Source: Octopus vulgaris
Lineage: Eukaryota
Length of the DNA: 64,000 bases
Direction: 5' to 3'
Assembly (NCBI GenBank): GCA_951406725.2
Contig: OX597817.1
Span: 124,620,001 to 124,684,000, forward strand
Below are positions 50,230 to 64,000 of the stretch, in pieces. The notes beneath the pieces are model-generated. The model saw only the letters and a program-made list of their open reading frames with translations, made no database searches and was not told the origin of the DNA. How positions within the stretch are numbered: position 1 is the stretch's first letter; every line of letters starts with the position of its first letter. The translations under genes and the position numbers were made by a program.

Positions 50230-50300
50230 CATACATATATATATATATATATATACATACATACATAAATATATATATATATATATATACATACATACAT
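50145..50300. repeat. (TA)n/(TACA)n microsatellite
   Basis: read directly. Confidence 0.95.
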
Positions 50301-50771
50301 ACTTATATATAACATGGGATGATTTGGTATCCAGAAGATCCAAAAGGCAGGTATGGCTTTGTAATTTCTTGTATATCTCCCCTTCTCCAGAATAAAAGAA
50401 TAAAAAAAAGAATATATATATATATATATTGGTAGATAGAGCGAGAAAAAATAAATGTACAGATAAACAGATAGATCTGTAAATGAGCCTAACCCATATG
50501 TGAACCTAACCCAAGTGCATCTCTTTATGCTCTTTTCTCTCTGTTATATTTTATTTTCTGTCTTCATTTTCTTTCATTGACTTTCTTCTCATATCCAAAG
50601 AATCTGTGTAATGCTATAACTTCCCTCTATAACTTGTTTCAGTCAGTGTGAACCAACATGATATTAACAGTCAACGTCATTTTATTTGTGTTGTCTTTTT
50701 TTTGTTGTCTGTATATAATTTATGCATGTGTATGTGTATGTGTGTGTGTGTATAAACATATTTTCATACAT

Positions 50772-50803
<32 letters not shown>

Positions 50804-50965
50804 CAAAATAAGCAACAAGGATATCCAAAGGTAATGCAGTATATTGGATATCTTTGTTGCTTATTTTGATTACAATCGTCCCATTTTGAATTATATGGAT
50901 AGTACCATACCAAATTCTGGTGCCTTTAACTTAAGTACCATATTCAACTGAATCTAAATTTTTAC

Positions 50966-51172
50966 TGAACGCAGGGTGAAATGCTTAGCGGTATTTCGTC
51001 TGTTGTTACGTTCTCAGTTCAAATTCCACCCGAGGTCGACTTTGCCTTTCATTCTTTCGGGGTCGGTAAATAAAGTACCAGATTCGCACTGGGGTCGATG
51101 CAATCGACTTAATCCCTTTGTCTGTCCTCGTTTGTCCCCTTTGTGTTTAGCCCCATTGTGGGCAATAAAGAA

Positions 51173-51174
<2 letters not shown>
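50966..51174 (+). mobile_element. SINE family B
   Basis: colinear with 30371-30567. Confidence 0.88.
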
Positions 51175-51215
<41 letters not shown>

Positions 51216-51350
51216 AATATATATATATATATATATTGTTGTATTTAGGAATGGTCATTTTGCCAGTTTAGCCAATAAAAACACACGCACTATATATTGG
51301 TGTTACTTTGCTTCAGTGTTATTTATTTTTTACATTAATCTTAATCTTAT

Positions 51351-51595
51351 ATGAGAACATCATATCATTATAAAAGACCGTCATCATCAGATGAGGAAGG
51401 TCATTTTACAACATGAAGGGATATCACAGGAGTCTGTGATATCAAAAGTCTGAGCTTTGAAGTGGACATCTCCCACTTCACACCTTAGCCTCGACAGACA
51501 TTTCTCTGCTGCATTCCTTTGATATCCCTTCATTTTGTAAAATTACCTTCCTCATCTGATGATTACGGGCTTTTATAATGATATAATGTTCTCAT
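51351..51595. repeat. fold-back palindrome, ~76-bp arms
   Basis: atgagaacatcatatcattataaaagaccgtcatcatcagatgaggaagg... pairs with ...ccttcctcatctgatgattacgggcttttataatgatataatgttctcat. Confidence 0.93.
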
Positions 51596-52066
51596 TCTTC
51601 CATTAAAAGTTACATAAAAAATAGTTGTAATGAGCTGACACTTATCCATCGTATTTTATTCATTTGATTATAATACACCAAGGGAATGATTTGTTGGACA
51701 CCCTAGAGTATACCAGCAATGTACTACTCAAAGTAACACATAATGTAGACCAGCCCCTTAGGCAATAAAAATTCATAGAGTTTTACTTTCCTCTGTGTAC
51801 AAAACAAGAATATCCAAAGGTAATGCAGTATATTGGATATCCTTGTTGCTTATTTTGATTACAATCACCCCATTTTGAATTATATCGATAATGCCATACC
51901 AAATTCTGGTGCCTTTAACTTAAGTACCATATTCAACTGAATATCTCAACTCCAACCAGCCATTGGCTGGAACCACTACCTGGTGCATACTTTTCAAGTA
52001 CCTGATTCTATCAGAATTCTCTTCTTAATTCTATACGTATACATACACAAACACACACACATATAA

Positions 52067-52160
<94 letters not shown>

Positions 52161-52877
52161 GCATGTATTTTTGATAACAAATATATATGATTATATATAA
52201 ACCATCCGAGCATGATAAAGCAGACATACAATATGATATTGATATGTAAGCATATCTCCATACATATACATATGTGTATAAATGTATATATATGTGTGTG
52301 TGTGTGTGCTTATCTTGATATATACATATCGATAGCCATAAATATTTAGATACATATGTGTGTGTAATATATGTGTCATGTGAAGACGTTTGGAGATCGA
52401 AATGAAGTGAAGCAGACAAATATCGGAATGATATGATCAATAGTCTGAAACATGGAAGTTAATATTACAATAATTTATATCAGAAATACAGAAAAATCAA
52501 TCATATTTGTCATTCGCCAATCACTGAACTCACATATATGCACATCCACACACATATACAAATGCACGCACACACATACACACGAACTGTTAACTGGTTC
52601 ATTATTTCTTTTTAGTTTAGTATATTTAGTTATTATTACCAAAATCTTAGTCCTCTCTTCTTGGTATATCGGTTTCAGGCTGTTTGTGTAAAAAGCGTTT
52701 TGAAAACTGTGACAAATGGTGTTATTGTTGATGTAAGCCAACCCTAGGTCAGTCCAATGATTAGTTAAGTTATCCAATATACAATATATATGTTATCAAT
52801 ATTAGTATACTTATGTTACAAGCAAAAATGCTACTTCTAAAATCTGTCTAAGAGATCAATGCAGTAGTTGTACTTAC

Positions 52878-53110
52878 AAGTAATGTTCATAGCCACTTCA
52901 ACATGACTGTCCATTCGAACAGACTTTACTGCGATTTTTTAACCCCAAGAGGTCGTCTCCTTTAAATGGTTAACGATGCACAGCTGCATCTGAGATATTG
53001 CAAGCTGTGTGTCGTTAACCAGCTAGAGGAGATGACCTCTTAGGGTTAAAAAATCGCAGTAAAGTCTGTTCGAATGAATAGCCATGTTGAAGTGGCTACG
53101 AACATTACTT
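52878..53110. repeat. 233-bp palindrome (~108-bp arms)
   Basis: aagtaatgttcatagccacttcaacatg..ttcgaacagactttactgcgattttttaaccc pairs with gggttaaaaaatcgcagtaaagtctgttcgaa..catgttgaagtggctacgaacattactt. Confidence 0.95.
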
Positions 53111-53804
53111 ATAGTTATGTTATTTAAACTTGAAATTGCAGACATCACTGATTGATGTTTCATTAGAGAACAGTGGACATCATCAACTGACGTTCCAAAG
53201 ATTTTTCATGGACATGGCCATCATCAAAGGAAAGTAAATATTTTACAGAACTTTTCGATAATGAGATTGTAAATTTTTGTTGTGCAAGAAACTAACTATT
53301 ATTGAAGAATTTGTAATTATTTAAGTGGAAAATAAGAGAAATAATTACCACTAAGAAAAGGAGATATTGTTCAGGGTTTTTTTTTTTTGGGGGGGGTGCC
53401 CATTTTATAAACATGTTTATGCAGTCATTTCATGCTGTTTAATAGTTAAGTCATTAAAGTTGCAAGAAAGAGATATTTTCATTGCATCACATTTGCCATG
53501 TAGTTGTCTATAACTTGTTGAGGGATTAAATGAACGCTCATGATAAACACTGAACAAACTTTGTGAATATTTGCAGTTAATTTATGGATTGACACTGTCC
53601 TAACAAACTACAGTCTTCTTGATGGTAGAATGATTTCATTGAAGCTTGTACATTATAGCCAGAGAAACTGCCTTTTATATTTCCAAAACTGATGATTCCT
53701 AATAAATTCAATAATGATCTTTTGATACTTGTTGAAGAAATTCGTGCAAACAAACATAACCTGTAATTTGTTTGATAAGGCCTCAGAGATATGGTGTGAT
53801 GCTA

Positions 53805-53970
53805 TTATTTAATTAGAAAAATGATTTCATTTGCTCCAAGATTATTTTAATTTATTTTGAAGCTATTTCATTTCAAGCTATTTTAAATTGCTTCAGGTTT
53901 ATTTTAATTTGCTTCAAGTCTAATTTGTTTCAATTTGAGTTTATTTTAATTTGTTTTGAGATCATTTTAA
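53805..53970. repeat. degenerate ~21-bp AT-rich minisatellite
   Basis: recurrent ttattttaatttgcttcaag-like units. Confidence 0.6.
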
Positions 53971-54107
53971 TATTCACTTGCAAAGATATGGAAGTTTGGA
54001 TTTAACATAAAAAGTTATGGTTTTGGTTGATGATGTAATTTATTCTAATGGTTTTAAATTGTTATAAACATAAGTAATACATTCATATTTCTTATTTATA
54101 ATAGCAT

Positions 54108-54975
54108 TAAGGTGGTGTGCTGGCAGAATCATTAGGATGCCAGGCAAAATGCTTAGCGGCATTTATCTGTCTTTACATTCTAAGTTCAAATTTCACCAAG
54201 GTCAACTTCACCTTTCATACTTTCTGGAGTCAATGTAATTGACTTACCCACTCCCCTGAAATTTCAGGCCTTGTGCTTATGAGACATCATTCGGTCATGA
54301 ATGACCATGGGATTGCACCTCCAAAGTTAATCTCCAAGGCACAAGTCTGGGCAAGGTTACTTATGGAAGACCAGCAGTTGCCCATGCATACTTGTTCCCC
54401 TCTCCATGGCATCGATGTTAACCAAGGGAAAGGCAAAAGCCAATACAGCTTGGCACCAGTGACGTTGCAACTCATTTCTAAAGCTAAGTGAACTGAAGCA
54501 ATGTGAAATAAAGTGTCTTGCTCAAGAACACAACACACATCCCGGTCCAGGAATCAAATTCACAACCTCACGATCGTAAGATTGATACTCTAACCACTGA
54601 GCTATGTGCCTTCACTTGTGTTTATAGTAGAAAGGAATATTTATAATAGCATTTACAGCAGTGAGCTGGCAGAATTTATAGCATGCTAGTCAGATGGCAC
54701 TACTTATGTGCCACTGGCAAGGGAGCCAGTCTGGGGGCACTGGCATCGGCCACATGTGGATGGGGCTTTTTACATGCCACCAACACAGGGAACCAGTCAA
54801 GCAACACTAGCATTGACCCACATTTGAATGTTGCTTATTACATGCTACCAGTATGGGTGCCAGTCAGGTGGCACTGGCATTGGCCACGACTACATCTTCA
54901 CTTGACACAACACTGGGGTCTATGTAATTGACTTACTCTCTTCCTGAAATTTCTAGCTATGTGCCAAAATTTGAA
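54108..54975. mobile_element. nested SINE cluster: B (54108-54280), C (-, 54290-54614), B interrupted by an RTE-tail segment (54655-54975)
   Basis: similarity to other copies in the window. Confidence 0.75.
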
Positions 54976-55311
54976 ACCTATTTTTATAATAGGATTTTCA
55001 CAATAAATATTATTGCAATATCAGATTTATTATACTTGATAATATTATATTTAATGTCACTTGTTCAGCTATGCTCAATTCAATGTTGACTTCAAAAACA
55101 AAGAAGTTCCTGCCTTTTTTTACCAAGTCAAGAAACCGATATTTTTACAAGAATTTGTATCAGAGTATTGGTATTTGATGGCTTTATTTCAAAAATATCA
55201 ACCACAAGAATTATCATTGATGTTCCTGGTGAAAGAATTCACTGTAAATGATATGCTGCATGGCTTCTGTGAAAGTAACTGGTGCGTACAATTTCAAAAA
55301 TACCATCCACC

Positions 55312-55343
<32 letters not shown>

Positions 55344-55611
55344 TGTATGTATGTATGTATGTATGTATGTATGTATGTATGTATGCATGTATGTATGTAT
55401 GTATGTATGCATGTATTTATGTATGATGTATATATATATATATGAATGTGTATATACATATATATACATACATATAAATATATATACTAACATATGCATG
55501 TATATATATACAAATACAGTTACATATATAGTAACCTGCATTGCATACTACATACATACATACATATTTACATACATACATACATACATATTTACATACA
55601 TACATAAATAT

Positions 55612-55688
<77 letters not shown>

Positions 55689-55691
55689 ATA

Positions 55692-55749
<58 letters not shown>

Positions 55750-55800
55750 GCATGTATGTATGTATGTAGTATGCAATGCATGTTACTATATATGTAACTG

Positions 55801-55865
<65 letters not shown>

Positions 55866-55890
55866 ATATATATATATATATATATGTACA
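55312..55890. repeat. (TATG)n/(TA)n complex with an internal inverted duplication (55501-55560 / 55755-55815)
   Basis: tacagttacatatatagtaacctgcattgcatactacatac vs gtatgtagtatgcaatgcatgttactatatatgtaactgta. Confidence 0.9.
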
Positions 55891-56475
55891 AATATACATG
55901 TGTATGAATATGGATAAACATTATTGTTTATGCACACTCACATTTTCTGTAACCTTTCCAAAGTGGTAACTTTGAAGAACTGGGTCAATGAGATCAAAGT
56001 TTCAACCATAATAACATCTAGGAATATTGGACATGGTCCTGTATTTCCCTGGATTAATGGTCTTCATTTGGATTATGTTGCAGTCATAAAGACGTAAGTG
56101 CTTATTTATGTTCCAGCATGAATGTACTTCGGTATAATATATGTAAAATCTGTAAGTGTTGAAATCTTTGTATTTGGTTGTATATTTATATATATATATG
56201 TATAGAAGACGTCAAGATGTCGTAACATGCAGCTATATGAATGTATATATGTGTGTGCTGTGGCGATGTTTGTATGAATATATAGATGGGATAAGTGTGT
56301 ATAAATGTATGTATGTGTGTATGTCAATATTCAGTTTTATTTCAAGACTTATTGCCAATAGAGAAAGTATTGGTTTCTAACCCAGATTCAAGATTTCTTC
56401 ATTGGAATTTCAACTACATCAATAGGTATTGTTGCATGTATGAGTGTCAATGTTCAGTTTTTGGAGTCAGCACAT

Positions 56476-56911
56476 ACTCTTTTACTCTTTTACTTGTTTC
56501 AGGCATTTGACTGCGGCCATGCTGGAGCACCGCATTTTTGGTCAAGCAAATCGACCCAGGGACTTATTCTTTGTAAGCCTAGTGCTTATTCTATTGGTAT
56601 CTTTTGCTGAACCAATAAGTTACAAAGACGTAAACACACCAGTATTGGTTGTCAAGCGATGTTGGGAGGACAAACACAGACACACATGCATACACATACA
56701 CACACATATATATATATATATGTGCGTGTGTGTATGTATATATACATACGACGGGCTTCTTTCAGTTTCCTCCTACCAAATCCACTCACAAGGCTTTGGT
56801 CAGCCCGAGACTATAGCAGAAGATACTTGTCCAAGGTGCCATGCAGTGGGACTGAACCCAGAACCATGTGGTTGGTAAGCAAGCTACTTACCACACAGCC
56901 ACTCCTGCACC
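56476..56911 (-). mobile_element. SINE family A
   Basis: reverse complement of the family consensus. Confidence 0.9.
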
Positions 56912-56990
56912 TATGCAAAAACTTTTATGGTTTGTTTTATATATGTATACTCATGCATATAGTTACATGTCTAGACATGTGTACATACAG

Positions 56991-57075
<85 letters not shown>

Positions 57076-57109
57076 TAAATAGATAGATACAGATGTAGAT
57101 ACACATACT

Positions 57110-57370
57110 GGCATTCCATCGATTATAACGATGAGGATTCCAGTTGTTGACCTGATCAACCGAGCAGCCAGCTTATGAAATTAACTTGCAAGTGACTGAA
57201 CACTCCACAATCGAGTGTACCCTTAAAGCACTTCTCGGGGAGATTCAGTATGACACAGAATGAGAAAAGGCCGGCCTTTTGAAATACAGGTACTACTCAC
57301 TTTTGCTAGCTGAGTGGACTGGAGTAATGCTGAAGGACACAATGTGCTACTGGAATTGAACTCATGAGCC
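57110..57370 (-). mobile_element. another SINE-like element sharing the ctcacttttgctagctgagtggactggag core with family C
   Basis: shared core segment. Confidence 0.55.
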
Positions 57371-58261
57371 AAATTACTAAGGTGTTTGTCTTCACAATAC
57401 ATACATACATGCATAGATATATTACATTATAGTTTTTAAAAAAAGAAGTAAATAAAACTGGAAAAGGTACAGAAATATATTTTAGAGAATGTTTAATAAA
57501 ATATTACTGGTTTCAATTTATCCATATTATCAAATTCTGGAAATATTAGAAAGAATTTTTGGGTGAGTCAGAGAGAAAAAAATATTTTCAGGAAGGGTGT
57601 AACAGTTTGTACCTATATCTGAGTTCTTATGTTATATACATAAAATATATATGTATAAGTATTATGAGTATAGAAATACAAGAATGAAAATCATACATAT
57701 ATTTGCTCAAAACATGTTCCTGTAATTCAGTAATTGTGATGTGAATATCCTTTATGTTATTACATTTTATCATAGGAGAAATTCTCCCTTTTAACAAATC
57801 GTGATAACAACACACACGCTTCATGCATCAGTAATATAGTGAACTCTGGGACACCAGCGTTTTGGTATGTTTGTGCACCTTCAGTCTGAGACACTGATAG
57901 AAACAGTGAATCAAAAAAAAAAAAAACAGGTCATTCTTATTTGTAGACTTTGGTAAATAAATTATTTGTTGATATGTACCAAGCATTAGCAAGCTGTTAT
58001 TAAATTATTATGATTCTGCGAAACAGTGAGAATCAAACAATAGTGTGTATATTTATTCTTAACATGTTCCAGCAGAAGTAAACATGAATAGGCTACTTAC
58101 TGAAGGGTTTCATCTTTGGAGACCAATTTTTTCTTTTAGAGGATGTGTGTTGACAACACACATGCTTCACTGATGTATCTGTACCTGCTCACACATTTGT
58201 CAATTAATATACATACATACATACATACACATATCTATGTATCTCACTCTCTTTCTCTCTC

Positions 58262-59000
<739 letters not shown>

Positions 59001-59389
59001 CACTTAACACAGATATTCTATAACTAATTTTATGAATTACTTGGCAAGAATTATATTAAAAAATTTTCTTACAAATGTACTGAAATCAACTTAACTCATC
59101 ATTTCTGATCCTCAGTATTAACATCCTTCATTTCATATTGAATAATGTTTTAGAGGAAATGGGACTGCTTCTCAAGAGAACATCTATGATTGGAACTGTT
59201 GTATAGCTTCTGATCAATTTTCATGCTGCAGATTTATTGTGAAAGCATTTTAGATATGATCATCTCCTCTTATTAAGGCTCTCTAAAAGTAATGGTATCC
59301 AATTGTCCTTACCATTTTTAAGCTATGCAGTTATTGTTGTAATTGAAGCCCCAGGTGAGCCTTGTGACCTAAGACAATCTCTATGGAGC

Positions 59390-60167
59390 AAAATTAAAGG
59401 AAGTTTGTATGATGCATGCATATGGACATCAAGTCTACATGGTAGTGAGATGTGAGCCCTAAATTCAGTGGACATACAAAGGTAAAAAAAGAATGAGGCT
59501 AGTATGCTCTGCTGGATGTGTAATGTAAGTGTACATGTTCAACAGAGTTGCCAGTGTTCTGAGAGAGAAGTTGAGAGGAATTTTTTGCTGTGTGCAAGAG
59601 AGAAAACTGCACAGGTTTGATCATGTGATGTGGAAGGATACCAATACCTCCATAAAGAAGTGCTGATCTCTCAAAATAGATAGAATACATAGATGTGGGA
59701 GGCCCAAGAAGACATAGGAGGAAGCACCGAAGGAGGCTAAACCTTTTAGAAGAGATGACAAAGGACCAAGATACCTGCTGCCTGGCTGTACTCATGAAGA
59801 CCCGTACTCTGCAGCAGAAATGTTAAGACTAATCCTTCTGGTGGCAGAAAGCACTCATAGTGGTGCCATGTAAAAGTACCTGTACAGTGTCATGTAAAAG
59901 CCTCCATGTGGCATCACATAAAAGCACCTGCATGGCACCACATGAAAGCACCTGTGTGGTGTCATGTAAACGTGCCCATGCAGTATCACATAAAAGCACC
60001 TGGCACACTCTATAAAGTATTTGGTGTTAGGAAGGGCATCCAGCCACAGAACCCATACCAAATCAGACTGGAGTCTGGTGCAGCCACCCAGTTTGCTAAC
60101 TCTGATCATACAGTCCCACTCATGCCAGCATGGACAATGGATGTTAACTGATGAGGATGATGATGAT
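59390..60167 (+). mobile_element. RTE LINE 3' fragment with tail; includes a 24-bp tandem repeat (~59860-60000)
   Basis: KGSLYDACI..LHGSEM* (cf. KGRLYxACVRxAMLHGSETW); tail ggtgttaggaagggcatccagc..catggacaatggatgttaac(tga)n. Confidence 0.8.
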
Positions 60168-61109
60168 GTATTCTTACCAATTCTAAAGTTGATAGTTGTC
60201 ATTTGAGAGAGATTTTCCTTGCTATTTCTAGCAGGGTGAGAACCATATAGATACTTCCTCATTGATGCAAACATTTATGTTATTATGTTTTTAAGTTGAT
60301 TTAAATATGTTTTATAAAACAGTGTCTTAATAAAATCCTTGATTAGTAATGATTTATATAAGTTTTAGAAGATTTATTTAAGCTATCAACTTCACATTCA
60401 TATGATAAATAAAATACTGTCTCCAGAACTTGGGTTGACTCTTCTCTTTTCTCTTTGGATTGTACCGATAATTCAAAGTCCTTTTTTATAATACAGTATG
60501 AAGCTGACGATTCAGCCTGAGTACTATATTACTGTATTAATTACACATAACCATGACATACTCAACCACTTATTATCAAATTTCAAAAGTAGGAATTCAC
60601 TATGTTAAACAATAGAATGTTCGTTGTTGAGACTAATAGAGAATCTACTGTGGTTGGTTCTTTCCTGAGAAATTTACACCACATTGAGGACCTTCCAGCA
60701 TAACGGGCCAAAATAAGCTATATCAGCCTAAATTTATCAGCTCTGTCAGTTGTATCACCCCAAATAAGCCATAAAAATTTTCTGAAGTTTTCTCTCTTAA
60801 AACAATTCATGACAGCAGAATACTACACTTGCTACTGCCCTCCCTTTCGTGAATATTCTTGTTAAATTGCTTCATAATTTCCATAATCTTTGTGATACTG
60901 TTATTGTGGAATTCAATAGCAAGAATTTTTTTATGGTGTTACTGGTTTTACAATAACATATAGTAGTATGCATGAGTGTGAATCAGTTATTATAACAATG
61001 CAGTTCTGGCTCAATGAAAAATGGTGACTGCAAAAGAAAGGAACACACACACACAAACATACATGTATACACACACACATGCACACATGTATGTATATAT
61101 AAAGGTATG

Positions 61110-61170
<61 letters not shown>

Positions 61171-61303
61171 TAAGTGGGGTTGAAACGCAATCATTTTTAA
61201 GGAACCTTAATTCCACAGTATGTACAGAGTTTCAAATAGTATTTTACATAAAATATATGAAAATTAGGGTTATGTGACCCCTGTACCCCTCGCATACCCC
61301 CCA

Positions 61304-61340
<37 letters not shown>

Positions 61341-62009
61341 CGCACAATTAAATACCCTAATTTTCTATATTAATCATATAATCTCTAACACATATATACT
61401 AAACTGCTGAAGCATATGAAACATTTGATCATATTTCACTGCAGAAACCTTGCTTAAAACATCTGATGAGTAAAGATAGCAAAAACATTGCAACAAAAGA
61501 CAATTGGTAGGTAGCTACTTCTCCAAATTCCTACTTTTCAATATGTGTTAAATGAATTTTTTTAGAATATGTATACATTTGTTAAATGATTTTCTTTTTT
61601 CTTTTTTCCAGATTATTTCAGAGCTAAATTGTATTATAATTTTACAAAATTACCTACATAAATTTAAACTGTAATAATTTAAGTATATAAAATTATATAA
61701 TGGCAACTAGAAGTAGTTAAAGCCGTAATACAGCATTTGGATTTCCTGTAGAATTTCCTACAGCAACGACCCTGTCAAAGCAGATTTATTCTCATGTGAA
61801 GAACACATATGCGAGGGGTAGGAGTGATCGCACACTTTTTAAAATTTGTTAATTTATTTCTCACACCAAAATGTTCACTTAAAGAGAGTAACAATCTACA
61901 TCGTGCAAAATTTTTACTTTTCAAAAAAAATTGAAAGCATAACAAAACCAAGCAATATGTGGAATCAGAATATAAAATTTTGACCCCCCACCTAATATAT
62001 ATATATATA

Positions 62010-62432
62010 CTAGCAGTATAGCCCAGCATTGTTCAAGTTTGTTTTTTAGTTGCACTTAAAACAGCAGACTTTGATGTCGCGTTAACAAAGTTTTGTCATA
62101 CTTTCAATCTTTTTTGAAAAGTAAAAATTTTGCATTATGTAGATTGTTATTCTCTTTAAGTTAACATTTTTCTGATTGAAGTACACCAAAAAATGGCGAC
62201 ACAGAAGTCAAAGAATTGTAAAAATTAGGGATCTTCATAGAAAAAAGGCACCTTTTTGATGTAAATAACTTTTGGGCTTAACATGGTCTGATTTGAATTT
62301 TTTCTTCTATGGAATGAAGAGCAAGCCTTCAATCATACTCTCAATTTTGGTCAACTTGATAGTGTTTGTTGAAGGCTACCAAACCTGCCACACACACACA
62401 CACACAGACAACTTCAGCTTTATATGTATAGA
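62010..62432 (-). mobile_element. non-autonomous Helitron related to the 12.5-kb element
   Basis: actagcagtatagcccagcattgttcaagtttg (decayed 3' hairpin + CTAG) and caacttcagctttatatgtataga|t 5' end; different internal sequence. Confidence 0.7.
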
Positions 62433-62946
62433 TATATTTATCTATATATATATCCAAGTTCAAATAAAAAGCCAAATGTTCAAAGTTCTATGACTAAATA
62501 AACTAGTTTAGCATTAAGAGTAAGATAGAATAGAAAAATACTGCCCTCAAAAGTACGATCTCTAGTGAGACTGCTCAGTTTATGGAGTAATAAAAGCAGA
62601 AACAGTGGGTAAAACTGACAAGAAATGGATAGATATTGTTGTTTGTAATAGAAATTTTAGTAGTCCTTGATTATAATGTTCTACTTCAGTTTGCCAAGTG
62701 CAGCTGGTGTCAGCTAGGAGACCCACAAAGTAAATTTTTACTTTGAAAAATCATGCTGCAGCCAACTTATGTGTCATACAGTTAAATGCTTTGCATTGTC
62801 ATTCATTTCTGGTGTTGAATTTATTTTATTGCTAATTGAGAAGATAAGATTGTATGCGAACATTTAAAACTTTTGCTGTTTTTGTTTATATGTTGTAGTT
62901 ATAGGGTTTAGCAACAGCATACAGGCTTCATTACAAGATTATTTAT

Positions 62947-63166
62947 CCCTTTAGTGTTTAAACTGGCCATATCAGGCCAAAATTATCTTACTGTTTTATG
63001 CTCAAACCAGCCAGCTCTGACCTCTCACACCTACCCTACAAAGTCATTCTAAAAATAAACAGGGACAAAATCAAAATCTCAGAGTTACAAGATGCTGTAC
63101 AATTAATTTAAAACAATGTAATTAAACAGGCTTTACATTTGACAGGGTAATCTGAATGCTAAAGGG
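62947..63166. mobile_element. piggyBac-type MITE
   Basis: ttat|ccctttagtgtttaaa ... tctgaatgctaaaggg|ttaa: CCC-initiated TIRs with a TTAA-like target. Confidence 0.65.
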
Positions 63167-63594
63167 TTAATAGTAATTATTCAGCTAATGATATCAGTTA
63201 AAATAATGTTGAAGCAACAGCAATTTCTAAAAGACGATGACAATATTGCAATAGCAAAATTTTTAAAAAGTGAAAGTCATTTTGACCAATAACTGACTGC
63301 TGTTATTTACAAAAAATCGAAATTATTTTATTTTGCAGAACAGCACACTCAACCTCCACCAACATACTTGTCTGTGTCACCGTGCCATCTCTACTCAAAT
63401 TTTTTCAAGTAGCTGTTGAAAACTTCTTGAGATGTCCTACACATGTGCTTCAATTTTTTTTTTATTGGACTGAAACCTAAAGGACTCAATATTGCATATG
63501 CATGTGTGTATGCTTGTGTGTGTGCAAGAGGGAGAGGGAGATTAAGTGAGAGATAGAAAGTAAGTGAGAAAGAGAGATGAGTTTATATAAATAC

Positions 63595-63645
<51 letters not shown>

Positions 63646-63821
63646 GAAAAAGAGATGACAAAGTAATAAATGATTATCTTACAAACTTCATTGGCTTACA
63701 ACTGTTTCCACCATAAGATGTAGCGAACTCATAGTTAAGTGCCTGAGTAACACCTTGCAGCTTCATCAGAGCCTCAGACATGAAATGCATTTCATTTGGG
63801 AAGACAAATACATTTAAGCAC

Positions 63822-63853
<32 letters not shown>

Positions 63854-64000
63854 GGAAAGCATTACCAATGAGCAAGCATATACATGAGGGATGAAATCCA
63901 GTGGTTCCTCCCATAAATGGAATAAGATTAAGTCTAAGATTGTATACTGACGAGTATACCCAGATGTAGAAAAAGAGTAAATATATCTATCAATAAAAGT

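Larger units (their letters stand above)
50802..51943 (+). repeat. ~140-bp direct repeat (50814-50953, 51803-51943) starting with a 27-bp hairpin (50802-50870)
   Basis: aacaag.atatccaaaggtaatgcagtatattggatatc...aagtaccatattcaactgaat twice; atcaaaataagcaacaaggatatccaa / ttggatatctttgttgcttattttgat. Confidence 0.9.

Noticed and set aside
51400-51450. ILQHEGISQESVIS resembling the TERT/RT motif QxxGIPQGSxLS
   Set aside because: Short, lacks the QG glycine, and has no flanking RT motifs.
53130-53800. Possible DNA-transposase relic; similar hints at 23480-24290 and 60650-60900
   Set aside because: Only fragmentary motif resemblance; needs BLASTX or HMM search.
55061-55969. ORFs rich in YI/CV/HT/LSIY here and throughout the window
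   Set aside because: Translations of microsatellites. The unique part 55061-55310 is open for ~85 codons but I recognise no motif or convincing splice pair.

Overview
AT-rich, microsatellite-dense eukaryotic non-coding DNA (intronic or intergenic). The repeat families look like those of an octopus, which is an inference from recognised SINE sequences rather than a database result. No host protein-coding gene, rRNA, tRNA or CRISPR array can be supported, and nearly all listed ORFs are microsatellite or SINE artefacts. The window holds more than 25 tRNA-type SINE copies, decayed R4/Dong, RTE and CR1/Jockey-group LINEs, Tc1 and mariner relics, hAT and piggyBac-type MITEs, and two non-autonomous Helitrons, one carrying about 36 copies of a CpG-rich 22-bp NRF1-motif minisatellite. 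The most interesting region is 43.16-46.55 kb. It contains ~480-bp terminally redundant monomers that each carry a type I hammerhead ribozyme (three copies, two subfamilies, re-paired stem II), interleaved with Penelope-like reverse-transcriptase relics and locally captured DNA, i.e. a candidate retrozyme/Penelope system. Further hammerhead motifs occur at 12.3, 21.9 and 48.8 kb, and fold-back palindromes are unusually frequent throughout. Coordinates were read by eye, so repeat boundaries are approximate.
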